The translations under genes were made by a program, and so were the position numbers. Source: Octopus vulgaris (lineage: Eukaryota). From it: a stretch of 64,000 bases of DNA. How positions within the stretch are numbered: the first letter of the stretch is position 1; each line of letters begins with the position of its first letter. The notes below the pieces were generated by a model, which searched no databases, was not told the origin of the DNA, and saw only the letters and a program-made list of their open reading frames with translations. Of the stretch, positions 26,201-38,425 are shown in pieces. The stretch is from assembly GCA_951406725.2 (NCBI GenBank), contig OX597838.1, positions 19,406,001-19,470,000 on the forward strand, given 5' to 3'.

Positions 26201-27111
26201 ATATATGTATGTATGTATATATGAAACTTTGATGAAACTTGCAGGAAAAGTTGGTGATGACACAAGTTGATGATGATAAGGAAGAGGAGGAGAGCCGGAG
26301 GGGGAAGAAGAAGAAGAAGAAGAAGAAGAAGAAGAAGAAGAGTAGGAGGGGGTTTGTTTACATCTCTGTAACATTAGCAGTTCAGCAAAAAGGAGCAACA
26401 AAATAAGTCCTGGCTTGATACAAGTAAAGTCCTAGGATAGATTTCTTTGATTAAAAAAACAAAAAGAGAAAATATCCTTCAAGGTGGTGCCCCAGCATGA
26501 CCGCAGACAAATTACTGAAACGGGTAAGATGAAAGACACCTTTAAGTACATTGAAAGGTTGTCAAAATCATTGAAAAGTGAACTAGTTAATTCTGTTTGA
26601 AACAGGAAATGGACATCTCCATACTGATGTTATTTCTCATTATGTCAAATACCGTCAAAAGCATGCAATTTCAAAAATGCATGTATCTTCTCTTTGCTGT
26701 CCTCTCTCTACACTCAGTCATTTGTTTGTAGCTTAACAATTGACTGACCTACAAGTCATAGTTGACTGCTTCCATGTGATGACCAATTGACCATTAGTGG
26801 AATGCACAGAAGCACACTAAAACTAATGATAATTGGAGTAATTTAGACCCTCTCACAAGAACCATCTGTCATCACGTCAATCTTGCCAGACTGCAATAAC
26901 ACAATAATTTTGCAGATTTAGAAAAATGATTTATATGATAAACACAACGCAAAGATCTATTTCCTGTTTGACTTTTAAAAATCCCAAAAGAACACATTGT
27001 TACGTTGTCTTTTATATTTTTTTTTATCATTAACTAATTAAGCTTCATTGATTTACTAACATCATCATCTGTTTTTTTCAAGTTTACTTTCAATTCATAA
27101 AAAAAAGTACA

Positions 27112-27161
<50 letters not shown>

Positions 27162-27899
27162 GCATACGCACACACACAAGCATACGCACACACACACATG
27201 GGCATGTTTGTTTCGTCAAATATCTTTGAACTTTTGAAATATTAGTCCAAATGACTTAGACGCGTTTCACAGAACTTTTGGAAACCAGCTTTTCAAAAGA
27301 GAACTTTCAAGGGAACCAATTAATTATAGATGATGGCAGGAAAATACTGAAATTACCTAATTTGTGAAGTTCTAACAAGAAATAAGGCAATTTCAGATTT
27401 ATTTATATGAAAGGAAAAACAGAAAAGTGAGTAGCTGGAAATGCCAAGTCAGATAAATTATTTTGCTGGCCATGCTTGTTATTTAGTTACGCAAAAACTG
27501 ATTTCGAGTGATAAAGGTTGCAATGTTTTAAATAATCAACATATTGGTTACAAATTTTGGCACAAGGCCAAGAAGTTTGAGGGAAGGAGGGTAATTTAAT
27601 TACATCGACCCCAGTGTTTAACTGGTACTTATTTTATTGATCCCCAAAAGGATGTAAGGCAAAGTTAACCTCGGTAGCATTTGAACTCAGAATATAAAGC
27701 TGGACAAAATGCTGCTAAGCATTTGTGTCGGCATTTCATAGAACTTTTGGAAACCAGCTTTTCAAAAGAGGACTTTGAAGGGAACCAATTAATTATAGAT
27801 GATGGCAGGAAAATACTGAAATTACCTAATTTGTGATTCTTCATGTATGACAAGTAAAAGCAAATATCAAAGGATGTTTTGCATTCTTGTCCCATTTTG

Positions 27900-27959
<60 letters not shown>

Positions 27960-28367
27960 GAGTGTCTGTGTGGTAAGTAGCTTGCTTACCAACCATATGG
28001 TTCCAGGTTCAGTCCGCTGTGTGGCACCTTGGACACGTGTCTTCTACTATAGCCTCGGGCTGACCAGAGCCTTGTGAGTGGATTTGGTAGACAGAAGGCA
28101 ATTTCAGATTTATTTATATGAACCAAATAACAGACTATAAAGATGGGCAAAGTGCTGTTATGCATTTGTGCTGGTGTGCTAATGATTTTGACAGCTCACC
28201 CCCTTAGATAATCTACATACTGATTTCAAATTTTGGCACAAGGCCAGCAATTTTGGGGTAAGACGATTATATCAACCCCAGTGTTCAACTGGTACTTATT
28301 TTATTGACACCGAAAAGATGAAAGGCAAAGTTGAAATTTGACCTTGGGGAGATTTGAACTCAGAATG

Positions 28368-28531
28368 GCGCAGGAGTGGCTGTGTGGTAAGTAGCTTGCT
28401 AACCAACAACATGGTTCCAGGTTCAGTCCCACTGCGTGGCATCTTGGGCAAGTGTCTTCTGCTATAGCCCCGGGCCGACCAATGCCTTGTGAGTGAATTT
28501 GGTAGACGGAAACTGAAAGAAGCCTGTCATA

Positions 28532-28568
<37 letters not shown>

Positions 28569-28770
28569 TTGTGTGTCTGTGTTTGTCCCCCTAGCATTGC
28601 TTGACAACCGATGCTGGTGTGTTTACGTCCCCGTAACTTAGCGGTTCGGCAAAAGAGGCCGATAGAATAAGTACTGGGCTTACAAAGAATAAGTCCCGGG
28701 GTCGATTTGCTCGACTAAAGGTGGTGTTCCAGCATGGCCGCAGTCAAATGACTGAAACAAGTACAAAAGA
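28368..28770 (+). mobile_element. SINE family A nested in a family B copy (28225-28846, -)
   Basis: Family B sequence resumes at about 28790. Confidence 0.75.
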
Positions 28771-28869
28771 GAGAGAGAGAGAGAGAGATGAAACGCTGCT
28801 AAGCATTTTGCCTGGCATGCTAACGATTCTGCCACGTCGCTGCCTTAAATAAGCTACATATTGTCATGT

Positions 28870-29790
28870 TAAAACATGAACATTCTCAAAGATGAATAAA
28901 ATCCTTGATAGATCTTAAAAGATTTGGGAATATTCACGTAGATTTACAATTAAATGCATATAAAAGACAGAGCATATGACAGCATAATGAGGTTAAACGA
29001 AACAGCTATTTTCACAACGATTGCTTGATGCTGTAAATCTTTTTTTCAGGTAGCCAGAAAATATCGTTTCAGGATCTGAAGAATTCAATAATTGAAGGAA
29101 TTATAAAGAACTCTTATATTTAATCAGTAGGTATTGTGAGGAATTGGAAAGCTATTTAGATACAGATTCTGTTTTCTTGGGTCACTCAAACAGAATTCAA
29201 AATGACTTGAATCAATGCGATTGAAAAGGTTACGTTGAATGAAATAGAAAAATGAACTTAAGCTGGCTAAATCTGTAGCTATTCTTGTTGATGAAACATC
29301 TGATATCTCAAACTATTCACAACTGTCAACTGTTTTACATTACGTTACAAAAGATCGTGTAACCAAAGAACAATTTAACAGTTGTAACAATGTTAGTGCA
29401 GGCTTTTTCAGCAAAGTCTTTACTGAGCATGTTTAGAAATGCATTGAAACGTGGAAGTGTGAAAACAAATTAATTGCACAAACCTACGATAGTACCACTA
29501 CAATGGCAGGACAATTACATAGGTTGCAGTCAAAAGTAAGGGAGAAATATGAATTTGCGAACTTTATTCATTGTTGTACTCAATGCACTAAATTTAGTTC
29601 TTTCACAAGAATGCTCCGCGACAAAAGAATGCAAGATATTTTTTTTCTACAATAAATGAACTGGGTGTATTTTTGTTTTTTTTTATGAAATCACCCAAAA
29701 GAGTCAAATGCATGAAGAAAATATTGGTAAAAACAAATATATTTCCAAAAGTAACAACAAGATGGAATTACTTGTCATGTCTTATTATTA
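28870..29790 (+). pseudogene. Decayed hAT transposase (DUF4371/ZMYM1-like)
   Basis: Translates to VAILVDETSDISNYSQLSTVLHYV, IAQTYDSTTTMAGQ, FIHCC..ALNLVL and TRWN, with stops and frameshifts. Confidence 0.8.
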
Positions 29791-29871
29791 CAACAAAATA
29801 AAGCATCCAGTATATTCTGTAAAGTGGCTGATGTTAAAAAGGGCATCCAGCTGTAGAAACCATGCCAAAGC

Positions 29872-29932
<61 letters not shown>

Positions 29933-29965
29933 TATATAATATAGGACAATCAGTAAGTTGTCACA

Positions 29966-30025
29966 ATAATACTCAGAGTTTCAAATACCAGAGCTGAGAG
30001 CTTCTAGGCATTTTTCATCAGTTAA
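29966..30025 (-). ncRNA. Type I hammerhead motif
   Basis: TAA-CTGATGA-A-AAATGCC...GGTATTT-GAA-ACTCTGAGT-A-TTA; short helix I; next to (TA)n. Confidence 0.65.
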
Positions 30026-30057
30026 ATATTGAGGTCTCATTCATTTTTTTGTTGTCA

Positions 30058-30091
<34 letters not shown>

Positions 30092-30121
30092 ATATAATTA
30101 ATGGAAGTTACTTTAGCCTTC

Positions 30122-30351
30122 AGATGATGCCACCCCGCTGGCTAAGTGAGCAGGCCAACAGAAGAAAGAGCGAGAGAGAGTTGTGGCGAAAGAGTACAGC
30201 AGGGATCACCACCCACCACCCCTGACGGAGCATCACGAAGCTTTAGGTGATTTCGGTCAATAAACACACAAAACGCCTGGTCTGGGAATCGAAACTGCGA
30301 TCCTACGACCGCGAGTCTGCTGCCCTAACCACTGGGCCATTGCGCCTCCAC
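30122..30351 (-). mobile_element. tRNA-derived SINE family D variant
   Basis: Head GTGGAGGCGCAATGGCCCAGTGGTTAGGGC on minus. Confidence 0.75.
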
Positions 30352-30578
30352 ATATTTATATGTATATACATATATATGCAGGCATGGCTGCATGGTTAAG
30401 CAGCTCATTTTGCACTAACATAGTTTTAGGTGTTAGTCTTCCAGTGGAACATTTTTGGAAAAATGTTTTCTAGTATAGCCCCAGGGTGATTAATGCCTTG
30501 TAAGCGAATTTGGTAAATGTAACTGTATGGAAGCCCTTCATATATATATTACATGTGTATGTATGTATATGTGTTTGT

Positions 30579-30973
30579 TAAGAAACCTGGACGTTATCAA
30601 AGAAGCTTGAGAAGCGGTTGGATGGAACCTACACTCGCCTCCTTATGAGAGCTCAAAATGTCACGTGGAGGCGCCATCCAACCAAAATGCAAATATATGG
30701 GAAACTACCACCTGTGTCATCTCTTGTGAAAGGTAGGAGAGTCCAGTTTGCTGGACATTGTTGTAGAGCTGAAAAAGAGGTAATTTCTACTCTTCTCCTC
30801 TGGAAGCCATCTACTCACAATACCAGAGGGCGCACACTCTCCTACCCTGATGTAATCTCCAGGGATACAGGCATCCAGCAACAGGACCTCCGTAATGCCA
30901 TGATGGACCGTGAAGTCTGGCGTAGCATGGTAAATTCCATTGTCTCGACCACGGTCAAACAATGATGATGATG
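30579..30973 (+). mobile_element. 5'-truncated RTE-type LINE 3' end with 12-bp TSD, inside an old SINE A (30380-31200)
   Basis: ETWTL...RRVQFAGHCCR...MMDREVWR; (TGA)n tail; ATATGTGTTTGT at 30567-30578 and 30974-30985. Confidence 0.85.
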
Positions 30974-31212
30974 ATATGTGTTTGTGTGAGTGTGTTTTGT
31001 GTCTGTCTTCTCTCCACTGCTTCACAACCAGTATTGGTTTGTTTATGTCTCTAGCTCAGCAGTTCAGCCAAAGACGCCGACAGAATAGGCACCAGACTTT
31101 AAAAAAAAAAGCACTAGGGTTGATCTGCTAGACTAAAACCTTCCAAGTTGGTGCCCCAGCATGGCCACAATTCAATGACTCGAACAGGTAAAAGATTAAA
31201 GAAATATATTAT

Positions 31213-31376
31213 GCAGGTGTGGTTGTGTGGTAAGAAGCTTGCTTCCCAACTGCACACTACTGGGTTCAGTTCTCCTGTGTGGCACCTTGGGCAAGTGTCT
31301 TTTACTATAGCCTTGGGTCAACCAAAGCCTTGTGAGTGGACTTGGTAGATGGAAACTGAAAGAAGTACATCGTATA

Positions 31377-31441
<65 letters not shown>

Positions 31442-31660
31442 ATATATTATATATATATATCTATGTCTGTGTGTCTCCTACTACCACTTGACAACTGGTG
31501 TTGATGTATTTGCTACCCTGTAACTTTGCAGTTCAGCAAAAGAGACTGTTAGAATATGTACCAGGCTTAAAAAGTTAGTATTGGGGGTCAATTCATTCAA
31601 CTAAAACTTCAAGGTGGTGCCCCAGCATGGCCACAGTCTTATGACTTAAACAAGTAAAAA
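31213..31660 (+). mobile_element. Older SINE family A variant
   Basis: Match to consensus. Confidence 0.75.
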
Positions 31661-32317
31661 CAAAGATCAAAGGATGTTTTGCATTCTTGTCCCATTTTGT
31701 ATTATTGGCGGTGCCCCAGCATGGCCACAGCTCATAAGCTGAAACTAGAATCAATCAATCAATCAATCAATCATATATATATAGGTAAACAGTAAAAATA
31801 ATTACAGACATGGACAAGAACATGAAACGCCACAGAGACGACACAAGAACCACAGGACGGGACATTCGAAGCCCTCAGTCATCAGTCAAGAACCAGATCA
31901 TCTTAGCAATTTCGGCTGATTAATCTTGAGATTGCTCCGATATGGGCAGCCCGCCAAGGGAAATCTAAGCCAAGTGCATTAGATCCCCTGGAAGAAAGCT
32001 TCGAATGTATACAACACGAGGACGGAAAACGAACGAAGTACACGAACAAAAATACAGAATACGTGACAACAATAAGAATACAAAAACGTAAAAACAATAA
32101 CGGTAAAAATAAAGTATAAAAAATAAACAACAAAACAAAACCAGGACGTAGGACAAGGGCCTTTCGACAGGACGAATTGAGTATGGGGCTGGCTTGTGAA
32201 GTTGTGCCTAATGGCCACAGGGAGACGAACAAGTACGTGTTGCTTCAGCGGCTGCAGGAACGAAAAGAGCGCTCAACAGCGGCTAGCGGTCACGTGAGAA
32301 CAAAAGACAAGAGAAAG

Positions 32318-32371
<54 letters not shown>

Positions 32372-32374
<3 letters not shown>

Positions 32375-32532
32375 GGAGTGGCTGTATGGTAAGTAGCTTG
32401 CTTACCAACCACATGGTTCCAGGTTCAGTCCCGCTGTGTGGCACCTTGCACACGTGTCTTCTACTATAGCCTCGGGCCGACCAGAGCCTTGTGAGTGGAT
32501 TTGGTAGACAGAAACTGAATTGTATGTGTGTG

Positions 32533-32563
<31 letters not shown>

Positions 32564-32766
32564 ATTTGTGTGTGTTTGTGTTTGTGTGTCTGTGTCCCCC
32601 CCCCCCCCATCCCAACATCACTTGACAACCAATGCTGGTGTGTTTATGTCCCCGTAACTTAGCGATTTGGCAAAAGAGGCCGATAGAATACATCCAAGGC
32701 TTGACTAAAGGCGGTGCTCCAGCATGGCTGCAGTCAAATGACTGATACAAGTATAAGAATAAAAGA

Positions 32767-32768
<2 letters not shown>
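32372..32768 (+). mobile_element. SINE family A
   Basis: Match to consensus. Confidence 0.8.
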
Positions 32769-32814
<46 letters not shown>

Positions 32815-32817
<3 letters not shown>

Positions 32818-33100
32818 CATAAAATTTTATAATTATGAGTATAATTATAATTAGGGTTCAGCAAAAATTTGCTTCACCACATCCTGAAATTTAGAAACAG
32901 CAGTTAAAACTAATTATTTAAGTACTACTATAAGAAAATCTCTCGGGAGAAATTTTTGCTGAGCCCTAATTGTAATTATACTCATAAATATAAAATTTTA
33001 TGTATAAGTTTACCGTTAATGGTTCTTTTAACATACCGAACTACTTGGTAAAATTATTAATTATTAATTAAATTAATTAATTAATTTTACCCTTTATTAT
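32815..33100. repeat. AT-rich foldback element between (TA)n tracts
   Basis: 32815-32870 pairs with 32950-33006; related copy at 47705-47895. Confidence 0.7.
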
Positions 33101-33103
33101 TAT

Positions 33104-33139
<36 letters not shown>

Positions 33140-33682
33140 CAAATTAATAAATAAAACATATGCATATATACATACATATATGTACGTGCCTACATCTACA
33201 TCTATATATACATGCATATATGGGTACAGGACACCAAAAAAATGTCGAACACAATGAGAAATGAAAACATAAACACAAAACCAAGGAACTGGACATTTTT
33301 CTTAAACAACAAATATATACATATATATACAAAATGGGACAAGAACGCAAAACATCCGGAGAGTTAGGTGATACAAAAAAGGGATAACAAAACCCTCGAG
33401 ATAGATGATACAAAGAAAATGAGGACGGGTCATTCAGAGCTTTCTTTCCTCAGTCGAGTTCCAGATCATCTTTGCAATTTCGGCTGGTTATACTCAAGAT
33501 TGCTCCAATCTGGTCAGCACCAAGGAAAAACTAAGCTAAGAGCATTAGATTCCTTATATATATATATATGTATGTATGTATGTAGCTACACGTATTTCTA
33601 CGTCTATGTAACTGCTATTATTTATCTATATATGTACACTCACGTACACATTTATACACACATACACTGACACAAAGACATA

Positions 33683-33888
33683 TTTCACTACTGCCCACAA
33701 GGGGCTAAACACAGAGGGTACAAACGGATTATGTCGATTACATCGACCCCAGGGCGTAACTGGTACTTAATTTATCGACCCCCGAAAGGATGAAAGGCAA
33801 AGTCGACCTCGGCGGAATTTGAACTCAGAATGTAACAGCAGACGAAATACGGCTACGCATTTCGCCCGGCGTGCTAACGAGTCTGCCA
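33683..33888 (-). mobile_element. SINE family B
   Basis: Match to consensus. Confidence 0.8.
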
Positions 33889-33960
33889 GACATATATATA
33901 CATATATATACACACATACACTGACACAAACACAAAATTCACACACATATTCACGCACGC

Positions 33961-33998
<38 letters not shown>

Positions 33999-34480
33999 GC
34001 GTAATAGTATATAGTAAATATACAGATCCGGAAGATGTCAAGAGGCTACGGGCACTGCCCTTCCTTCCTTCCTCCCTCTAACTAACTAAGCAGACAACAA
34101 GGAAATAGAGCAAGGCTGAAGCAGGCCAGGGTGAGAGGACGGGAGGGAGCGAATGGAGAGCAGGGAAGGGGGGGGGCGAAAAACATGCAACATGTTTGTT
34201 TGGTCAGCAGGTTGGCCTGCTGGTCAGTTGGAGAGCAGCTGAAAACAAGCTTTCGGTAAGAGAGAGGGAGGGAGGAGGGATGGATGGAAGCCGGAGGAGG
34301 CGAAGGAAGAGGAGGAGGAGGCTGTTGTGGATGGAGAGAAGGATGCGAGGAAGAAGTGGTATCGACGGTATGGAGTAAGAATGGCCAACAGCATCGTCAG
34401 CAGCGGAACAGGTCTGCTGCTGTCGGTCTTAGACTAAACTAAATGCTGATTTAGTCTATATTTGTCTTGGATGCTCTTAC

Positions 34481-34560
34481 CTCATCCGACATCAATAGAA
34501 ACCTCGCAGTTGTGGAGCAGTGAATGGTGATAGAAAGAAGAGAGGAGTGAAGTGAGAAGA
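34481..34560 (-). other. Candidate non-coding upstream exon of the ZNF gene
   Basis: Strong donor GAG|GTAAGA at 34481|34480 in a non-repetitive, more GC-rich island next to a long pyrimidine tract on the minus strand. Confidence 0.3.
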
Positions 34561-34899
34561 TGAATGCGGGAGAAGGATGAAGGGGAAGGGGGAGAATGTG
34601 GAGGAGGAGGAGGAGGAATAGGTAGAGGGATCTGCTAAAAGTGTGAGAGAGGGAGAAAAAAAAAAGTGTAGCTGGGGAGTGGAAGAGGAAGCAAAAGTAG
34701 AAGAGGAGGATATCTAGGAAGAATGAGCATGTGATAGAGAGAGGTGAAGAGGAGGAATAGAGAGAAAGAGCTAGAAAGGATAAAGATATAGAGAGGGAGG
34801 GAGAGAGAGATGTTTAAAGTAGTAAGTGGAAAGGAGAAGGGGAAGGAGGAGAAGTAAAAATAGAAGGAGGGGGAAGAGATAGAAAGACCTCCCATGAAA

Positions 34900-34957
<58 letters not shown>

Positions 34958-35390
34958 ATGTGTGTGTGTGTGATAGGGAGAGATGAAGTGGAAAAATTAG
35001 AGAAAGAGAGAGAGAATGATAGAGAGAGAGAGTTGGATGGTGGAGGAAGATCAAAAGTAGGAGGAAAAAGCAGAAGCTGAAGAGGAAAAAAAAATCAAGA
35101 AAGGGAGAGATATACAGAGAGATAGAGAGAAAAAGAGAGAGAGAGGGGGAGGCAAGACAGAGAGAAGAAAAGGACAGAGGAGGAGATGGAAGAAATGAGG
35201 GTAAGGAACAGATTAAAAGATTTAGAAAAAAAAACGAGAATTGAAAGAGGTGGAGGGGTAGAAAGCGATAAGGGGGTGGGAGGAGCAGTGAGAGTGGAGA
35301 GGAAGACTGAGCAAGAATGAATAAGAGAGAGTGAGAGAGAAAGAAAGAGAGAGAGATATAGAAAGAGAGAGAGAGAGAGATAGACTTCAT
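34530..35390. repeat. ~860-bp purine-rich (GA) low-complexity tract
   Basis: Direct inspection. Confidence 0.9.
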
Positions 35391-36175
35391 AACAATGGTC
35401 TCAACTATTCATGCAAGGCTCACAAATTTTATGAAAGTTGTGTAGTGCAAAACTTCATCTTTTCCTCCCATAAAGGGAGCTAGCTCTATTATGAGGTATG
35501 GACACTGTCTTATCTCCTCAGAGTTAAATGGTGATATGAAAGTAAAAAAAAAAGCCCCCCCCCCCGATATTTCTCTGCTATTTATTTCCTTTGTTAAGTC
35601 ATTAGTGCTTTGGATAGAATATTTTGTGCCATCTGTTCTGGTGCCCTGTGCTCTGTGTTCACATCGCGCAGAAGTCAAGTTTGTCTTATATTCTTTTGGG
35701 GGAGAAATAAATTAAACACTGCCACCACGAGATCCAGTCTGCTCTACAGGAAACAAAGGGTTTAAGTAAATAAGAAGTAAATAAAGTATCGGTCTAGGGC
35801 AGGAGATTGGAGTAATTATTGAAGTGTCAGCCCAGATACCTTGTGGTATTATTCTTGACCTGTGCACTCTGAGTTCAAATCCTGCTGCGATCAACTCATT
35901 CTATTTATCCTTTCAGAGTAGATAAGTTAAGTTACAATCCAATGTTTGGGAATCAGCAAAAAATTGTCAGAGAATTGAACAAGATACTTTGTGGTTTGGT
36001 CCAGCTTTCCACATTGTGAGTTCAAATCCTACTGGGACTAAATTTGCCTTTTATCCTTTCAGGGCTGATAAACAAAAATAGCAGTCTAGTCCAGTGCAAT
36101 GGAATGTTAGAATATTGGATTGGACGCCTTGCAGTGTTTGTTCCTGATATTCCTAATTCAAATATTTTTTGGAGA

Positions 36176-36529
36176 TTATTTACATTATTTACATTTGACG
36201 GATATTTGTCCTCATCTTGTTTGTTGCCAACACAACGTTTTGGCTGATATACCTCCAGCCTTCATCAAGTCAAGTGTTTTGGGGATAATTTGAACCTGGG
36301 TTCTCATTCCTAAAGTATTTTTTGATGTTAATAATAATAATAATAATGATAATAATAATAATAATAATAGTAACAACAACAACATTGAAAATACCTTAGG
36401 AATGAGAACCCAGGTTCGAAATTTCCCCAAGACACCTGATGAAGGCTGGAGGGTATATCAGCTGAAAAGTTGTGTTAAAAACAAACAAGATGAGGACAAA
36501 TATCCGTCAAATGTAAATAATGTAAATAA
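36176..36529. repeat. ~150-bp-arm inverted repeat around (AAT)n, with back-to-back hammerheads
   Basis: 36176-36330 is the near reverse complement of 36380-36529. Confidence 0.9.
36431..36476 (+). ncRNA. Minimal type I hammerhead motif (right arm of inverted repeat)
   Basis: GACAC-CTGATGA-A-GGCTG...CAGCT-GAA-AAGT-T-GTGTT; the mirror arm (about 36229-36277, -) keeps the ACGT helix III. Confidence 0.65.
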
Positions 36530-36641
36530 ATCCTCATCTCTTAAATATAGGACTGTACTTTTTGGAGGTTCAGGTTCCTGATGATTTCCACAGCTAATCA
36601 CCCGACCTCAGAGCCACAAGTGGAGAATGAAAGCTGTAGAG

Positions 36642-37145
36642 CAGTGTTTCACAACCAGGGTACATATGACCCTTAGGGATTGATATAAGATTTTGTTGAT
36701 GAAAATTATGTGCAATAAATTGATTACAATACAAGAAGCAATTTTCATCAATTTTCTTTTTTAATAGAATATCTAATATTTAAATAGTAATAAAAATACA
36801 ATAGGATGGCACATAAAAAAACACCTTTTGAGCATGGCCGTTGCCAGTACTGCCTGAGTGGCCCTTGTGCCAGTGGCATGTAACAGCACCCATTACACTC
36901 TCGGAGTGGTTGGCATTAGGAAGGGCATCCAGCTGTAGAAACACTGCCAGATCAAGATTGGAGCCTGGTGCAGCCATCTGGTTTGCTAGCCCTCAGTCAA
37001 ATCATCCAACCCAGGCTATCATGGAAAGCAGATGTTAAACGATGAGGATGATGATGATTTTTAAACCTTGAATGGTTTTGAGGGTCCAACCAAGTAAAAT
37101 AGAATTGAAAAGGATTCACAGGCAAAAAATGGTTGAGAACCACTG
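36642..37145. mobile_element. hAT/Charlie-like MITE containing SINE C (36805-37058)
   Basis: TIRs CAGTGTTTCACAACC / GGTTGAGAACCACTG; 8-bp TSD CTGTAGAG / ATGTAGAG. Confidence 0.75.
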
Positions 37146-37304
37146 ATGTAGAGGGTGAAGAGGGATGGTTACATTCCATCTACTGTTGCAGTCAAATGAT
37201 GACAATGATGATGAGAGGAAGAGGAAGATTTCATTCAATCCCTCTTGGGACATAGTAATGATAATTAGAATCTGAAATTAACCCTTTTACAGCAGAAATC
37301 AGAC

Positions 37305-37724
37305 ACTCTTTTACTCTTTTACTTGTTTCAGTCATTTGACTGCGGCCATGCTGGAGCACCACCTTTAGTCAAGCAAATCGACCCCAGGACTTATTCTTTG
37401 TAAGCCCAGTACTTATTCTATCAGTCTCTTTTTGCCGAATTGCTAAGTTACGGGGGACGTAAACACACCAGCATCGGTTGTCAAGCGATGTTGGGGGAGA
37501 CAAACACAGATACACAAACATATACACACATACGTACATATATATATGTACACATATATACGATCGGCTTCTTTCAGTTTCCGTCTACCAAATCCACTCA
37601 CAAGGCTTTGGTCAGTCCAAGGCTATAGCAGAAGACACTTGCCCAAGGTACCACGCAGTGGGACTGAACCCGGAACCATGTGGTTGGTAAGCAAGCTACT
37701 TACTCACACAGCCACTCTAACGCC
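37305..37724 (-). mobile_element. SINE family A
   Basis: Full-length match. Confidence 0.85.
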
Positions 37725-37815
37725 TATATATCCATGGCTCGAGAAGGAACAAACATGCATGCATGTATGTATGTATGAATGTATATGCATACATACATAC
37801 ATACATACATACATT

Positions 37816-38037
37816 AAGTAATCCCTCACCAGATCCCGGTTCACCTATCGTGGTTTATTATTTAAACTTACGTAGATTCCTCGAAGGTGTTGTTTTGCAT
37901 TTATAATAAAATAAGTATATACAAATTATGAAATTAATTAAAAATATATACAGTACAGTACTGTTTCTACTTCGCAGATTTTCACTTATCACAAGGTTTT
38001 TTGGAACGTAACACCCGTGATAGTCAAGGGATTACTG
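37816..38037. mobile_element. pogo/Tigger-like MITE
   Basis: AGTAATCCCT ... AGGGATTACTG|TA termini. Confidence 0.6.
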
Positions 38038-38050
38038 TATGTATATATAA

Positions 38051-38081
<31 letters not shown>

Positions 38082-38098
38082 TATATATATATATATAT

Positions 38099-38317
38099 TG
38101 TGGAGGCGCAATGGCCTAGTGGTTAGGGCAGCGGACTTGCGGTCGGAGGATCGCGGTTTCGATTCCCAGACCGGGCGTTGTGTGTGTTTATTGAGCGAAA
38201 AAACACCTAAAAGCTCCACGAGGCTCCGGCAGGAGGTGGTGATCCCTGCTGTACTCTTTCACCACTCTAAAGGCGGTGCTCCAGCATGGCCGCAGTCAAA
38301 TGACTGAAACAAGTACA
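38099..38317 (+). mobile_element. Chimeric SINE: family D head joined to family A tail
   Basis: D sequence to about 38268, then CTAAAGGCGGTGCTCCAGCATGGCC...GAAACAAGTA and poly(A). Confidence 0.7.
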
Positions 38318-38322
38318 AAAAA

Positions 38323-38385
<63 letters not shown>

Positions 38386-38390
38386 ATGTA

Positions 38391-38425
<35 letters not shown>

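Noticed and set aside
36573-36641. CTGATGA-TTTCCAC..GTGGAGA-AT-GAAAGCTG hammerhead-like string
   Set aside because: G at the cleavage position and no helix I partner
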